DNA of 64,000 nt, from contig NC_086097.1 of assembly GCF_963921235.1 (NCBI RefSeq), positions 195,364,001-195,428,000 of the forward strand, written 5' to 3'. The translations under genes and the position numbers were made by a program. Of this stretch, positions 9,661-21,429 are shown one piece after another; within the stretch, counting starts at the first letter, position 1, and every line of letters starts with the position of its first letter. The notes beneath the pieces were generated by a model, which was given only the letters and a program-made list of their open reading frames with translations, made no database searches and was not told where the DNA came from. The DNA comes from Mobula hypostoma. Lineage: Eukaryota.

Positions 9661-12600
9661 ACTAGCCACTAGAATACTACCGCACAGTACAGGCCCTTCA
9701 GCCCTTGATGTTGTGCTGACCCATATATTCCTTTTTAAAAAAAGTACTAAACCCACACTACCCCGTAACCCTCTATTTTTCTTTCATCCATATGCCTGTC
9801 CAAGAGGCTCTTAAATACCCCTAATGTTTTAGCCTCCACCACCATCCCTGGCAAGTCATTCCAGGCACCCACAACCCTCTGTGTTTATATATAAAAAAAA
9901 CAACAACTTACCCCTGATGTCTCCTCTAAACTTTCCTCCCTTAACTTTGTACATATGCCCTCTGGTGTTTTCTATTCATGCTCTGGGAAACAGATACTGG
10001 CTATCCACCCTATCTATGCCTCTCATAATCTTGTAGACCTCTACCAAGTCCCCTCTCATCCCTCTATGCTCCAAAGAGAAAAGTCCCAGCTCTGCTAACC
10101 TTGCTTCAGAAGACTTGTTTTCCAATCCAGGCAACATCCTGGTGAATCGCCTTTGCACCCCCTCCAGAGCTTCCACATCCTTCCTATAATGAGGTGACAA
10201 GAACTGAGCACAATACTATAAGTGTGGTCTCACCAGAGATTTGTAGAGTTGCAACATGATCTCTCTACTCTTGAACTCAATCCCCCTATTAATGAAGCGT
10301 AGCATCCCATAGGCCTTCTTAACTATCCTATCAACCTGTGCAGCAACCTCGAGGGATGTATGGATTTGAAACCCTCTTTTCATCCACACTCTTAAGTAAC
10401 CGACCATTAACCCTGTACTCAGCCTTCTAGTTTGTCCTTCCAAAATGCATCACCTCACACTTATCCGGATTGAACTCCATCTGCCACTTTTCTGCCCAAC
10501 TCTGCATCCTGTCTATATCCTCTTGTAACCATCGACAACCTACAGCTCCATCCACAACTCTTCCAATCTTCGTGTCATTCGCAAACTTACCCATCCTTCT
10601 GCCTCTTCATCCAGGTCATTTATAAAAAATCACAAGGAGCAGGGGTCCGAGGACAGATCCTTGTGGCACTCCGCTAGTCACCGACCTCCAGGCAGAATAC
10701 GTTCCTTCCACTACTACCCTCTGCTTTCTTCCTGTAAGCCAATTTTTTGTCCAAACAGCCAAGGTTCCACTGAACCCATGCCTCATGACTTTTTGGATGA
10801 GTCTCTCATGGGATACCTTGTCAAATGCCTTGCTAAAATCCATGTAGACCACATCTACCGCACTATCCTCATCAATTTCTTTTGTTACCTCTTCAAAAAA
10901 CTCAAATAGGCTCATGAGGCACAACCTTCCCTTCACAAAACCATGTTGTCTATCCTTGAGTAGACTATACTTCTCCAAATGCTCATAGTTCCCATCCTTA
11001 AGAATCCTTTCCAATAGTTTGCAGACCACTGACGTAAGACTCACCAGTCTATAGTTCCCAGGATTCTCCCTATTACCTTTTTTAAACAACGGAACTATAT
11101 TTGCCATTCTTCAATCCTCCAGCACCTCCCCTGCAGCCAAAGATAATAGCTACTGCTCTAGCGATCTCTTCTCTCACTTCCCACAGCAACCTGGGGTATA
11201 TCACGTCCGGCCCTGGGGACTTATCAATCTTGATGTTTTTAAGAAGATCTAACACTTCTTCCATAATCTCCGCATTGTCCAGCACACAGGCCTGATCTAT
11301 TTCGACCTCACCCTGATCAAGGTCCTTTTCACTTGTGAATACTGAAGCAATGTATTCATTTAGGACCTCCCCAACCTCCTCCGCCTCCAGGCACATGTTG
11401 CCTTCTTTATCCTTTAGTGGCCCCACCTTCATTCTTGTCATCCTTCTGTTCTTCACGTACGCATAGAATGCCTTGGGGTTCTCCTTAATCCTACATGCCA
11501 AGACCTTCTCATGCCCCCTTCGAGCTCTCTTAAGTCCTTTTTTAAGCTCCTTCCTGGCTACCCTATATTTCTCATGAGCCCTTCCTGCTTCCTGCTGCTT
11601 ACATCTAACATATGCTTCCTTCTTCCTCTTGACAAGTTGCCTCACGTGTTTTGTCAGCCATGGTTCCCTTTTCCTACTATTTTTCCTTGTCTCAGTGGGA
11701 CAAACTTATCCTGAACCCAGCACAAGTGGTCCCCAAACTTCCTCCACGTTACTTCCATGCTTTCACCCTTGAACAATTGTTTCCAGTTCACTGTCGCTAG
11801 TTCCTGCCTCATCCCTTCATAGTTAGCCCTTCCCCAGTTAAGCACTTTCCCATTTTGTCTGTTTTTGTCCTTTCCCATAGCTGTGCTGAAGCTAAGGGAG
11901 TTGTGGTCATTCTCACCAAAATGCTCCCCCACCAAGAGGTCTGCCACCTGACCAGGTTTATTACCCAGAACTAGATCCAGTATGGCCTCTCCTCTTGTCG
12001 GCTGATCCGCATACTGTGTCAGGAATCCTTCTTGAATACACCTGACAAATTCAGCCCCATCTATCCCCCTTGCAGTCAGGAGGCGCCAGTCAAGATGAGG
12101 GAAGTTGAAATCACCCATCACTACAACCCCGTATTTCTTGCACCATTCTAAAATCTGCCTGCTTATCCGCTCCTCGGTGTCCCGAGGGCTATTTGGGGGC
12201 CTATAGACTACTCCCAGCACAATGATTGAACCCTTCCTATTTCTGGCTTCCACCCACGCTACACAGCTGACACTCCCTCTGTAGTCTTCCCTTCCTATAG
12301 CCGTGATACTATCCCTGACCAGTAATGCTACTCCTCCCCCCTTTTCTACCTCCCATCCTATTCCTTTTAAAGCACCTAAACCCCGGTACCTGCATCAGCC
12401 GGTACCTGCATCATCCTGCCCTTCCTCCAGCCAAGTTTCAGTAACGGCCACAACATCGTAGTTACATGTACTGATCCATGTTCTAAGTTCATCCCCTTTA
12501 TTCCTAATACTCCTAGCTTTGAATTAGACACATTTCAACTGGCTACATTTATGTTTTGTCCCCTGCCTGTCCTTCCTCACCAACTCAGAACACATAGCAT

Positions 12601-12670
12601 CATGCCCTTGTCATTCTACTCTAATCTCTGCACTCACATCCTGATTCCCACCCCCTGCCAAACTAATTTA
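9661..12670 (-). mobile_element. CR1 LINE with near-complete ORF2 (few disablements), nested in a PLE tail
   Basis: Minus ORFs 11654-12253 (APE: VYRPPNS, MGDFNFP, NDHN), 11082-11645 (DKSPGPD), 10616-11107 ([30 protein letters not shown]), 10216-10443 and 9976-10200. Confidence 0.95.
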
Positions 12671-12719
12671 GCAGTCCAGACTGCTGAATTCTTCCAGCAT
12701 TTTATGTGTGTTCAAGAGT

Positions 12720-13950
12720 GGAGATCCAGAACTATATAAGAAGTCCACAAACAATTGACAAAACAATTCCGATTGAGGTGAGAGATGGAATCAACTGCAC
12801 ATCAGCTCTGGCAGCATTTGCAGTTCATGATGTTTTACAAAAAGAAATCTAACATCATGTATAGCTGTGATGTTTCACTCCCAGATGAGCTCAAAGCTTT
12901 TTATGTATGCTTTGAAAGGGAGAATAAAATTACACCTGTGCAAATCCCTGCAGCATCTGGTGACCCCACGATCTCAGAGGCTGACAATGGAATATATTTC
13001 AAGAGGGTGAACCCTCGCAGGGCAACAGGTCCTAATGGTGCACTTGGTAGGGCTGTGAAAACCTGTGCCAGCTACCTGGTAGGAGAATTCAAGGACTTCT
13101 TCAATATTTCACTGCACAGAAGTTTCCACCTGCTACAAAAAGGAAACAGTTAAGTCCCAAGAAGAGTAGACTGAGCTGCCTCAATGATTATCACACGGAG
13201 GCACTCACATCTACTGTGATGAAGCTTTCAGAGGTTGGTCACGGCCAGAATGAAATCCTGCCTCAGCAAGGACCTGGGTATACACAATAGGTCTACAGTT
13301 GATGCAATCTCACTGGCTCTCCACTCAACCTTGGTTCACCTGGACAATGGTAATACCCATATCAAGCTGCTGTTTATTGACTAAAGCTCAGTGTTCAACA
13401 CAACCATGCACTCAGTTCGAGTCAACAAGCTCCAAAACCTGGGCTTCTCTACCTCTCTCTACAACTGGACCCTTGACTTCCTCACAGTGTGACCACAGTC
13501 TCTGCTGATCAAACATCTCTTCCTCACTAACAATCAACACTAGGACTCCTGAAGGATGCATACTTAGCCCACTGCTGCACTTTCTCTATGCCCATGACTA
13601 CATGGGTAGGCACAGCTCAAATGCCACCTATAAATTTGCTGACAATGCAACAAATGTTGGCTGAATTTCATATTGTGATGAGAAGGTGTACAGAAGCAGG
13701 GCAGATCAAATTGTTGAGTGATGTTGCAGCCACAAACTTGCACTCAGCATCAGTAAGACCAGGAAATTGATTGTGGAATTCAGGAAGGGAAATTGAGGGA
13801 ATACACACTAGTCCTCATCCAGGGATCAGAAATGGAAAGAGTAAGCAGATTTAAATCTCGGGGTGTTAACATCTCAAAGATTCTATCCTGAGCCCAACAT
13901 ATTGATACAACTACAAAGCAGACATGACAGTGGCTATATTTTGTTAGGCG
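12720..13950 (+). mobile_element. Rex1/Babar-like LINE RT fragment, decayed
   Basis: 'LPDELKAFYVCFE', 'FKRVNPRRATGPNG...KTCASYL...FNISL' and 'YKFAD' remnants are typical of Rex1-type RTs. Confidence 0.8.
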
Positions 13951-13959
13951 TTTCAGGAG

Positions 13960-16020
13960 ATCAGCAGTGCAATCAAGGCAAAAAGTACCAAATACTGGGC
14001 TTAAGGAGTTATACTTAAATGCACGCAGCATAAGGAATAAGGTGGATTATCTTGTCGTACAGCTACAGATTGGCAGGTATGATATTGTGGCGTGATGTTG
14101 ATATGATATTGAGATGTGGCTAAAGGATACATGTCTCTGGGAGCTGAACATCCAAGGATACACGGTGTATCGGAAGGATAGGCAGGTAGGCAGAGGGGGT
14201 GGCGTGGCTTTATTGGTAGGAAGTTATATCAAAACATTAGTAAGAGGTGACATAGGATCGGAAGGTGCAGAAGCTTTATGGGTTGAGCTAAGAAACCACA
14301 GGGGTAAAAGGACCCTGATGGCAGTTATATACAGGCCTCCAAACAGCTGCACTGATGTGGACTACAAATTACAACAGGAAATAGAAAAGGCTTGTCAGAA
14401 GGGCAATGTTATGATAATTGTGGGGGATTTTAACATGTGAGTGGATTGGGAAAATCAGGTCGGCACTGGATCTCAGGAGAAAATTTGTAGAATGTCTGCG
14501 AGATGGCTTTTTAGAACAGCTTGTTGTCGAGCCCACTAGGGGATCGACTGTACTGGATTGGGTATTGTGTAATGAACCGGAGGTGATTAGAGAGATTGAG
14601 GTGAAGGAACCCTTAGGAGACAGTGATCATAACATGATTGAGTTCACTGTGAAATTTGAAAAAGAGAAGCTGAAATCCGATGTGCCGGTAATTCAGTGGT
14701 GGCATGAGAGAGAAACTGGCCAAAGTTGACTGGAAAGGAACACTAGTGGGAAGGACGGTAGAGCAGCAGTGGCTGGAGTTTATGCAAGAAGTGAGGAAGG
14801 TGCAAGACAGATATATTCCAAAAAAGAAGAAATTTTCGAATGGAAAAAGGATGCAACCATGGCTGACAAGAGAAGTCAAAGCCAAAATTAAAGCAAAGGA
14901 GAGGGCATACAAGGAAGCAAAAATTAGTGGGAAGACCGAGGATTGGGAAGTTTTTAAAACCTGACAAAAAGAAACTAAGAAGGCCATTAAGAGGGAAAAG
15001 ATGAACTATGAAAGGAAGCTAGCAAATAATATCAAAGAGGATACTAAAGGCTTTTTCAAGTATATAAAGAGTAAAAGACAGGTGAGAGTAGATATAAGAC
15101 CGATAGAAAATGATGCTGGTGAAATTGTAATGGGAGATAAGGAGATGGTGGAGGAACTGAACAAGTATTTTGCATCAGTCTTCACTGAGGAACTATCAGT
15201 AGCATACCGGACACTCAAGGGTGGCAGGGAAGAGAAGTGTGCACGGTCGCAATTATGACAGAGAAATTACTCAGGAAGCTGAATAGTCTAAGGGTAGATA
15301 AATCTCCAGGACCAGATGGAATGCACCCTCGTGTTCTGAAGGAAGTAGCTGTGGAGATTGAGGAGGCATTAGCAATGATCTTTCAAAAGTTGATAGATTC
15401 TGGCATGGGAAGAGGGCTGGAAGATTGCAAATGACACTCCGCTAATTAAGAAGAGGGCAAGGAAGCAAAAATGAAATTATAGACCTGTTAGTTTGACATC
15501 GGTGATTGGGAAGTTGTTGGAGTCGATTGTCAACAATGAGGTTACAGAGTACCTGGAGGCATATGACAAGATAGGCAGAACTCAGCATGGTTTCCTTAAA
15601 GGAAAATACTGCCTGACAAACCTATTACAATTTTTTGAGGAAATTACCAGTAAGCTAGATAAGGGAGATGCAGTGGATGTTGTATATTTAGATTTTCAGA
15701 AGGCCTTTGACAAGGTGCATAGGGTGTTGGCTGGTTGGCAGGAAACAGAGTGAGAATAAAGGGAAACTATTCAGGTTGGCTGCCAGTTACCAGTGGTGTT
15801 CCACAGGGGTCCGTGTTTGGGTCGCTTCTTTTTACGTTGTACACCAACGATTTGGATTATGGAATAGATGGCTTTGTGGCTAAGTTTGCTGATGATACAA
15901 AGATAGGTGGAGGGGCCGGTAGTGCTGAGGAAACAGTCTGCAGAGGGACTTGGATAGATTGGAAGAATGGGCAAAGAAGTGGCAAATGAAATACAATGTT
16001 GGAAAGTATATGGTTATGTT
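13960..16020 (+). mobile_element. CR1 LINE ORF2 (APE + RT), 3'-truncated
   Basis: ORFs 14114-14440 (YRPPNS, VGDFN), 14418-14729 (LGDSDHN), 15237-15434 (DKSPGPDG), 15493-15753 (LDFQKAFDKV) and 15735-15989 (KFADDTK). Confidence 0.93.
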
Positions 16021-16727
16021 AAGCTGGAGTTTCAAAAGGACCATGAATCTGCACACTATTGAAAATCTAATAAATGATGACAATGACACAGGACACCTTG
16101 CCTGACAAACTTATTGTGATTCTTTGAGGAAATAACAAGCATAAGAGACAGAGGGGAATTGGAGGATGTTGTGTACTTGGATTTTCAGAAGGCCTTTAAC
16201 AAGGTCCCATACACGAGGCTGCCTGGTAAAATGAGAGCCCATGGTATCATAGGAAAGATAGAAGCATGGATGGAACATTGGGTGATTGGCAGGAGACAAA
16301 GAAAGGGAATAAAGGGAGCATTTTCTGATTGGCTGCCAGTGACTAGTGGTGTTCAGCAGGAGTCATTGTTGAGACCTCTCCTTTTGACTTTGTATTTCAG
16401 TGATATGGATGACAGAATTGTCGCCTTTGTGGCTAAATTTGCAGATGATACAAAGATAGGTGGAGGGACGGATAGTTAAGAGGAAGCAGAGAGGCTGCAG
16501 AAGGTCTCAGACAGAATAGGAGAATGGACAAATAGGAGGCAAATGGAATACAGTGTTGGGAAGTGTATGGTCATGAACTTTAGTAAAAAGAACAAAACCA
16601 TACACTATTTTCTAAATGGGGAGAAAATTCAAAATTCCAAGGTGCAAAGAGACTTGGGAGTCCTCGCAACACACATCAAAGTTGCTGGTGAACGCAGCAG
16701 GCCAGGCAGCATCTCTAGGAAGAGGTA

Positions 16728-16764
16728 CAGTCATGTTTCAGGCCGAGACCCTTCGTCAGGACTA
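16728..16764 (-). ncRNA. Minimal hammerhead ribozyme motif (PLE-associated), 1-nt deletion near the cleavage site
   Basis: Reverse complement: UAGUC CUGACGA A GGGU CUCG GCCU GAAA CAU GACUG. Confidence 0.65.
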
Positions 16765-17560
16765 ACTGAAGAAAGAGGTAGTAAGAGATTTGAGAGGGGG
16801 AAGGGGAGATCCAAAATGATAGGAGAAGACAGGAGGGGGAGGGATGGAGCCAAGAGCTGGACAGATGATTGGCAAAAGGGATATGAGAGGATCATGGGAC
16901 AGGAGGCCCAGGGAGAAGGAAAAGGGGGAGGGGGGGGAAACCAAGAGGATGGGCAAGGGGTATAGTCAGAGGGACAGAGGGAGAAAAAGAGTGAGGGAAG
17001 GAATGTGTGTATATAAATAAATAATGGATGGGGTACGAGGGGGAGGTGGGGCTTTAGCGGAAGTTAGAGAAGTCAATGTTCATGCCATCAGGCTGGAGGC
17101 TACCCAGACGGAATATAAGGTGTTGTTCCTCCAACCTGAGTGTGGCTTCATCTTTACAGTAGAGGAGGTCGTGGATAGACATGTCAGAATGGGAATGGGA
17201 TGTGGAATTAAAATGTGTGGCCACTAGGAGATCCTGCTTTGACTTCCCTAACTTTTGCTAATGCCCCACCTCCCCCTCGTACCCCATCCGTTATTTATTT
17301 ATATACACACATTCTTTCTCTCACTCTCCTTTTTCTCCCTCTGTCCCTCTGACTATACCCCTTGCCCACCCTCTGGGTTTTTCCCCCCCTCCCCCTTTTC
17401 CTTCTCCCTGGGCCTCCTGTCCCATGATCCTCTCCTATCCCTTTTGCCAATCACCTGTCCAGCTCTTGGCTCCGTCCCTCCCCCTCCTGTCTTCTCCTAT
17501 CATTTTGGATCTCCCACTCCCCCTCCTACTTTCAAATCTCTTACTAGCTCTTCCTTCAGT

Positions 17561-17598
17561 TAGTCCTGACGAAGGGTCTCGGCCTGAAACATCGACTG
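17561..17598 (+). ncRNA. Minimal type I hammerhead ribozyme (PLE-associated)
   Basis: UAGUC-CUGACGA-A-GGGU CUCG GCCU-GAAA-CA-UC^GACUG. Both core boxes are intact and helix I UAGUC/GACUG is present. Helix III ACGU is mutated to ACAU. Confidence 0.8.
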
Positions 17599-18015
17599 TA
17601 CCTCTTCCTTTGAGATGCTGCCTGGCCTGCTGCATTCACCAGCAACTTTGATGTGTGTTGCTTGAATTTCCAGCATCTGCAGAATTCCTCGTGTTGGGAG
17701 TCCTCGTGCAGGATTCTCTAAAGGTTAACTTGTGGGTTGATTTGGTGGTGAGGAAGGCAAATGCAATGTTAGCACTCATTACTAGAGAACTAAAAACAAG
17801 GATGTAATGCTGAGGCTTTATAAGGCACTGGTGATACCTCACTTGGAGTATTGTGAGCAGTTTTGGACCTTTAAGATGTGCTGACATTGGAGACGGTTCA
17901 AAGGAGGTGCACGAAAATTATTCCAGGAATGAAAGATTTACCACATGAGGAGCATTAGGTGGTTCAGGACCTGTACTCACTGGAATTTAGAAGAATGAGA
18001 GGGATCTCATCCAAA

Positions 18016-18201
18016 ACAACAGGAATTCTGCAGATGCTGGAAACTCAAGCAACACACATCAAAGTTGCTGGTGAACGCAGCAGGCCAAGCAGCATCTATA
18101 GGAAGAGGCGCAATCGACGTTTCAGGCCGAGACGACTGCGCCTCTTCCTATAGATGCTGCCTGGCCTGCTGCGTTCACCAGCAACTTTGATGTGTGTTGC
18201 T
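18016..18201. mobile_element. Miniature fold-back Penelope-like insertion (69-bp arms), 15-bp TSD
   Basis: Arms 18048-18116 and 18133-18201 are near-perfect reverse complements. TSD GGGATCTCATCCAAA (18001-18015) / GGGATCTCATTCAAA (18202-18216). Confidence 0.92.
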
Positions 18202-18599
18202 GGGATCTCATTCAAACTCATTTAAGTTGAAAGGCCTAGATAGAGTGGTTGTGGAGAGGATTTTCCTATAGTGGGGGATTCTAGGACCAGAGGGCACAAA
18301 TGCAGAATAGAAGGATGTTTATTTAGAATGGAGATGAGGAGGAATTCCTTTAGCCAGAAAGTGGTGAATCTGTGGAATTCATTGCCACAGGTGGCTGTGG
18401 AGGGCAGGTCATTGGGTGTATTTAAAGCAAAATTTGATAGATTCTTGATAAGTCTGGATGTGAAAGATTATGGGAAGAAGGCAGAAGAATGGGTTTGAGA
18501 GGGAAATGGATTAGCCATGATCAAGTGGTGGAAAAGAATCGATGGGCTAAATGGTCTAGTTCCGCTCTTATTTCTTAAGGTCTTATATCAGGAACCAGA

Positions 18600-19360
18600 G
18601 GCTATCTAGGGATGAAGTGGGTCCCCTAAGGGATCAATGGGGAAACCTATATGCAAGTCCAGGGGATGTGGACATTGAGAATGGCATGGAAGATAGCAAC
18701 TTTAGGTGTCCATACATAGATAGCCTGAAGCATGTCAATATTAAGGGAGCGGTACGGGCATCATAATGTGCACAAGAGTTGCTAAATCCCGAGGGCTGTA
18801 TGATATCTACTCCCAGCTGCCGCGGGAAACAGGGGAGGTGACTTCTGGACCCTGATGGAGATCTGTGCAGAAATTATTGGAGAAAATTCTAAGGGAAAAG
18901 ATTTATGTAGATATGGAAAGAGAATAGGTGATCAGGGATGCTTAGCATGGTTTTGTTCAGGAGAAATCATGTTTCAATAATTTGATTGAGTTATTTGAGG
19001 AAATAACTAAGATGACTGATGCAAGCAAGGAAGTTAACATTGAACATCAGAAAGGTATTTGAAAGCTCTCAGATCGTAGGCTTCCACAGAAGCTTAAGGC
19101 ACAGAGTATGCAAGATGAGCAGGTTAATTGGATGCGGAATTGATGTGGTGATAGAAAGCAGGTCATGGGCTTAATGTGAGAGGAAGGATAATTTAAAGGA
19201 GATATGGGGAAACAGCTTTGAAAGAAGTGATTGATATCTGGAATTTGTTGCCAATCACTGCACTTAAGAGAATTTAGTATAGGACAGGAATTGAAGGCAT
19301 ACTGGGCAGAAAGCTCTAAATGGACTTGCTGGCCAAAGGGCTTTTTTCTGTGCTGTACAA
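18600..19360 (+). mobile_element. Old, deleted CR1 ORF2 fragments
   Basis: 'cagggatgcttagcatggttttgttcaggagaaatcatgtttcaataatttgattgagttatttgagga' resembles the QHGF...NLIEFFE segment. Confidence 0.6.
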
Positions 19361-20842
19361 AAGTTTTCAATAACCCTGTTGGTAGCCAGAAACAAAGCAT
19401 TTTGCTGTTATCTGGGATTTCCTGGAAAATTACCCCATAAGCACCAAAAATAAAATTCTTGCTCATTATTTTCTCCGCAAATTGCCAGAAAAGCAAATTA
19501 CTCATAGGACAATTATAATTGCAAATCTAAATGTATTTTTCTTCAGCCAAATACACTTAAAGATATGCATAGAAACTGTGTGATGGATGGGGAAGGCCAG
19601 AATAAAGCTGAGAAAGAGAAATTGAGCAAGTAGAAGATTACATTGAGGAAAGGAAAACGTAGTAGTAGTTTCTACCTGCTGAGTGAGATTCCACAATTTT
19701 AATTTCCATGCAAGGCCAAGTTTCATCTTTGGATAATAAATCACATTATTAATAGGGTCTTGCTAATTTAAGTACTAACACAATATATTTGCAGCGTGAT
19801 TTGTTCATTTATGGCACTAATCTAGCAATTTCTTGACATTCTGGGGAATTTGTCAACAGACATTCACATTGGCATGATTAACTGCAGACCAGCACAAATC
19901 GTCCAGCGAATTGTACTGACTAAGAGGGTAGATGTATCGTTTTGTTGCCACTAATTGCTCAGACTGAAAATTTTAATCACAAGTTCCTGTACTTGGTAAT
20001 CTTTGGGTTTAACTTGCATCTGACAATCAGTATCACATTCTCAGAGATGGACCGTTAAATAATTCCTTACACCTTGTTGCTACAAATTTACATTAACTTT
20101 CTATTAATCACAGAGATACAATTTTAGAGAAGCAAGCAGTGGATGAATTTAAATTGTTTCTGTCCACTGCTGTTGTTGCTTCCATAGCATTACACAGGAT
20201 GCTCATTTAAATGTCAATAACAATTCCACACCAATACCCCTAGTTGATAAAATAACCTCCACTAAATTCTGTTCCTGCTGTAGTTCGATAACCAATACTT
20301 CCATAGCATATTATGCAGTTGGATAATTGACTCACCCTTGAGTGTCTGCTTCAGACAAAGATCAGCTTCAAGGTTTTCTCCTTATAGATGTGGAAAGTTT
20401 GCCTGAATCTACCCCTGAATATAATATTTTTTTAAAATTCTGAATTCATATATCATTCATTAAGAATATTCGTATTTCAATAAATGTTTGATATCATCAC
20501 GTACTTTTCTAGTAGCAAGACTATGTAAAATCTTTTACAAATCGCACTAATTGCCTCCCGAATAACTTCATGCCCCTTTGTACATTCCAATAAAACATTC
20601 TTGCCCTCCAGGATTCTCTCTGAAGTAGCCAACTGAGAGTCTTTAGCCTGAATCTGTAATTTACACAAAAAAAATGTTTTGGCATTACAGAAGCAACACA
20701 ACATAGTTTCATGCTAATGAGTGTGCTAAGAAGCTTTTCGAACCATGAATGTTTTAGTTGCATTAATAATCAGTTTAGATGGAATTAGGTTTAGGTTGAA
20801 ATGTAATTGGTCATCTTATATTTTTGTAGCTGTACATGCAAT

Positions 20843-21420
20843 AGGTTTCAATAGGTATATTTAATGTCAGAGAAAGGTATGCAATATACATCTGAAATTC
20901 TTTCTCTTTGCAATAATCCACGAAAACAATGGAGTACCCCAATGAATGAATAACAGTTAAATGGTAGAACCCCAAAGCCCCCCCAACTCCCCCTCCCACG
21001 CACAAGCAGCAGCAAGACAATAACTCCCTCCTCCCCACCAGCAAAAAAGCATCAATGCCCCAACGAAGCACTCAAGCGTGCAGCAAAGCATTAATGAAGA
21101 CACGGACGTGCATCACCCCAAGGACTACTCATTCAGCCAGTACTCAATATACCACAGGTGCTCTCTGTCTCCCTAATAGGGGAAAAAAGAGGCATCCCCG
21201 TTTCACAGTGAGAAGGAAGACATAACAAAACAACTTGCTGATTTATGGTGTTAAAAGTCTGTTGGGTCGCTTTTTGCGAGCTCTGTGCCTCTGGGCACAC
21301 GGACAACAGCAAGCCCGCTGCTTCCCATCTTCCTTGTTCTCCCACAATGCACCAGTTGGCAGCACCAGCCTTGAATCAGCCCGCCTCCAGAGCCATGAAA
21401 ATCCAGCACCCTGAAGGTGT
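20843..21420 (-). mobile_element. Non-autonomous interspersed retro-element (SINE-like family, also at 35893-36680 and 49770-50570)
   Basis: 'ggtttcaataggtatatttaatgtcagagaaaggtatgcaatatacatctgaaattc' is the reverse complement of 50510-50568 and matches 35893-35940. Confidence 0.75.
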
Positions 21421-21429
21421 GCATAATAC

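Larger units (their letters stand above)
16667..17693. mobile_element. Fold-back Penelope-like insertion: two 3' ends facing outward, 13-bp TSD
   Basis: Minus arm 16666-17240 (includes GIY-YIG C-terminal coding sequence) and plus arm 17241-17693. Inverted repeat of about 410 bp. Perfect TSD TTGGGAGTCCTCG at 16654-16666 and 17694-17706. Confidence 0.93.
16097..18590 (+). mobile_element. CR1 LINE RT-3' end carrying two nested PLE insertions
   Basis: ORF 16159-16479 (LDFQKAF, KFADDTK) and ORF 18271-18498 (SRTRGH...VVNLWNSLP). The sequence is continuous once 16667-17693 and 18016-18201 are removed. Confidence 0.9.

Noticed and set aside
12383..12413. 16-bp tandem duplication CCGGTACCTGCATCA
   Set aside because: Local slippage mutation inside a dead CR1.
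16543..16965. Recurring short ORFs containing 'VSGRDPSSG' / 'SPDEGSRPETST' (also 17424, 23637, 23899, 42906)
   Set aside because: Translations of the non-coding hammerhead/tail region, not proteins.
18048..18201. Pre-miRNA or MITE
   Set aside because: Arms derive from the PLE tail and the 15-bp TSD does not fit a typical MITE. There is no miRNA evidence.
16654..18216. Sequence-specific targeting of CR1 by the PLE
   Set aside because: Target sites share no clear consensus (GC-rich vs ATAT-rich), and CR1 is abundant enough for chance hits.
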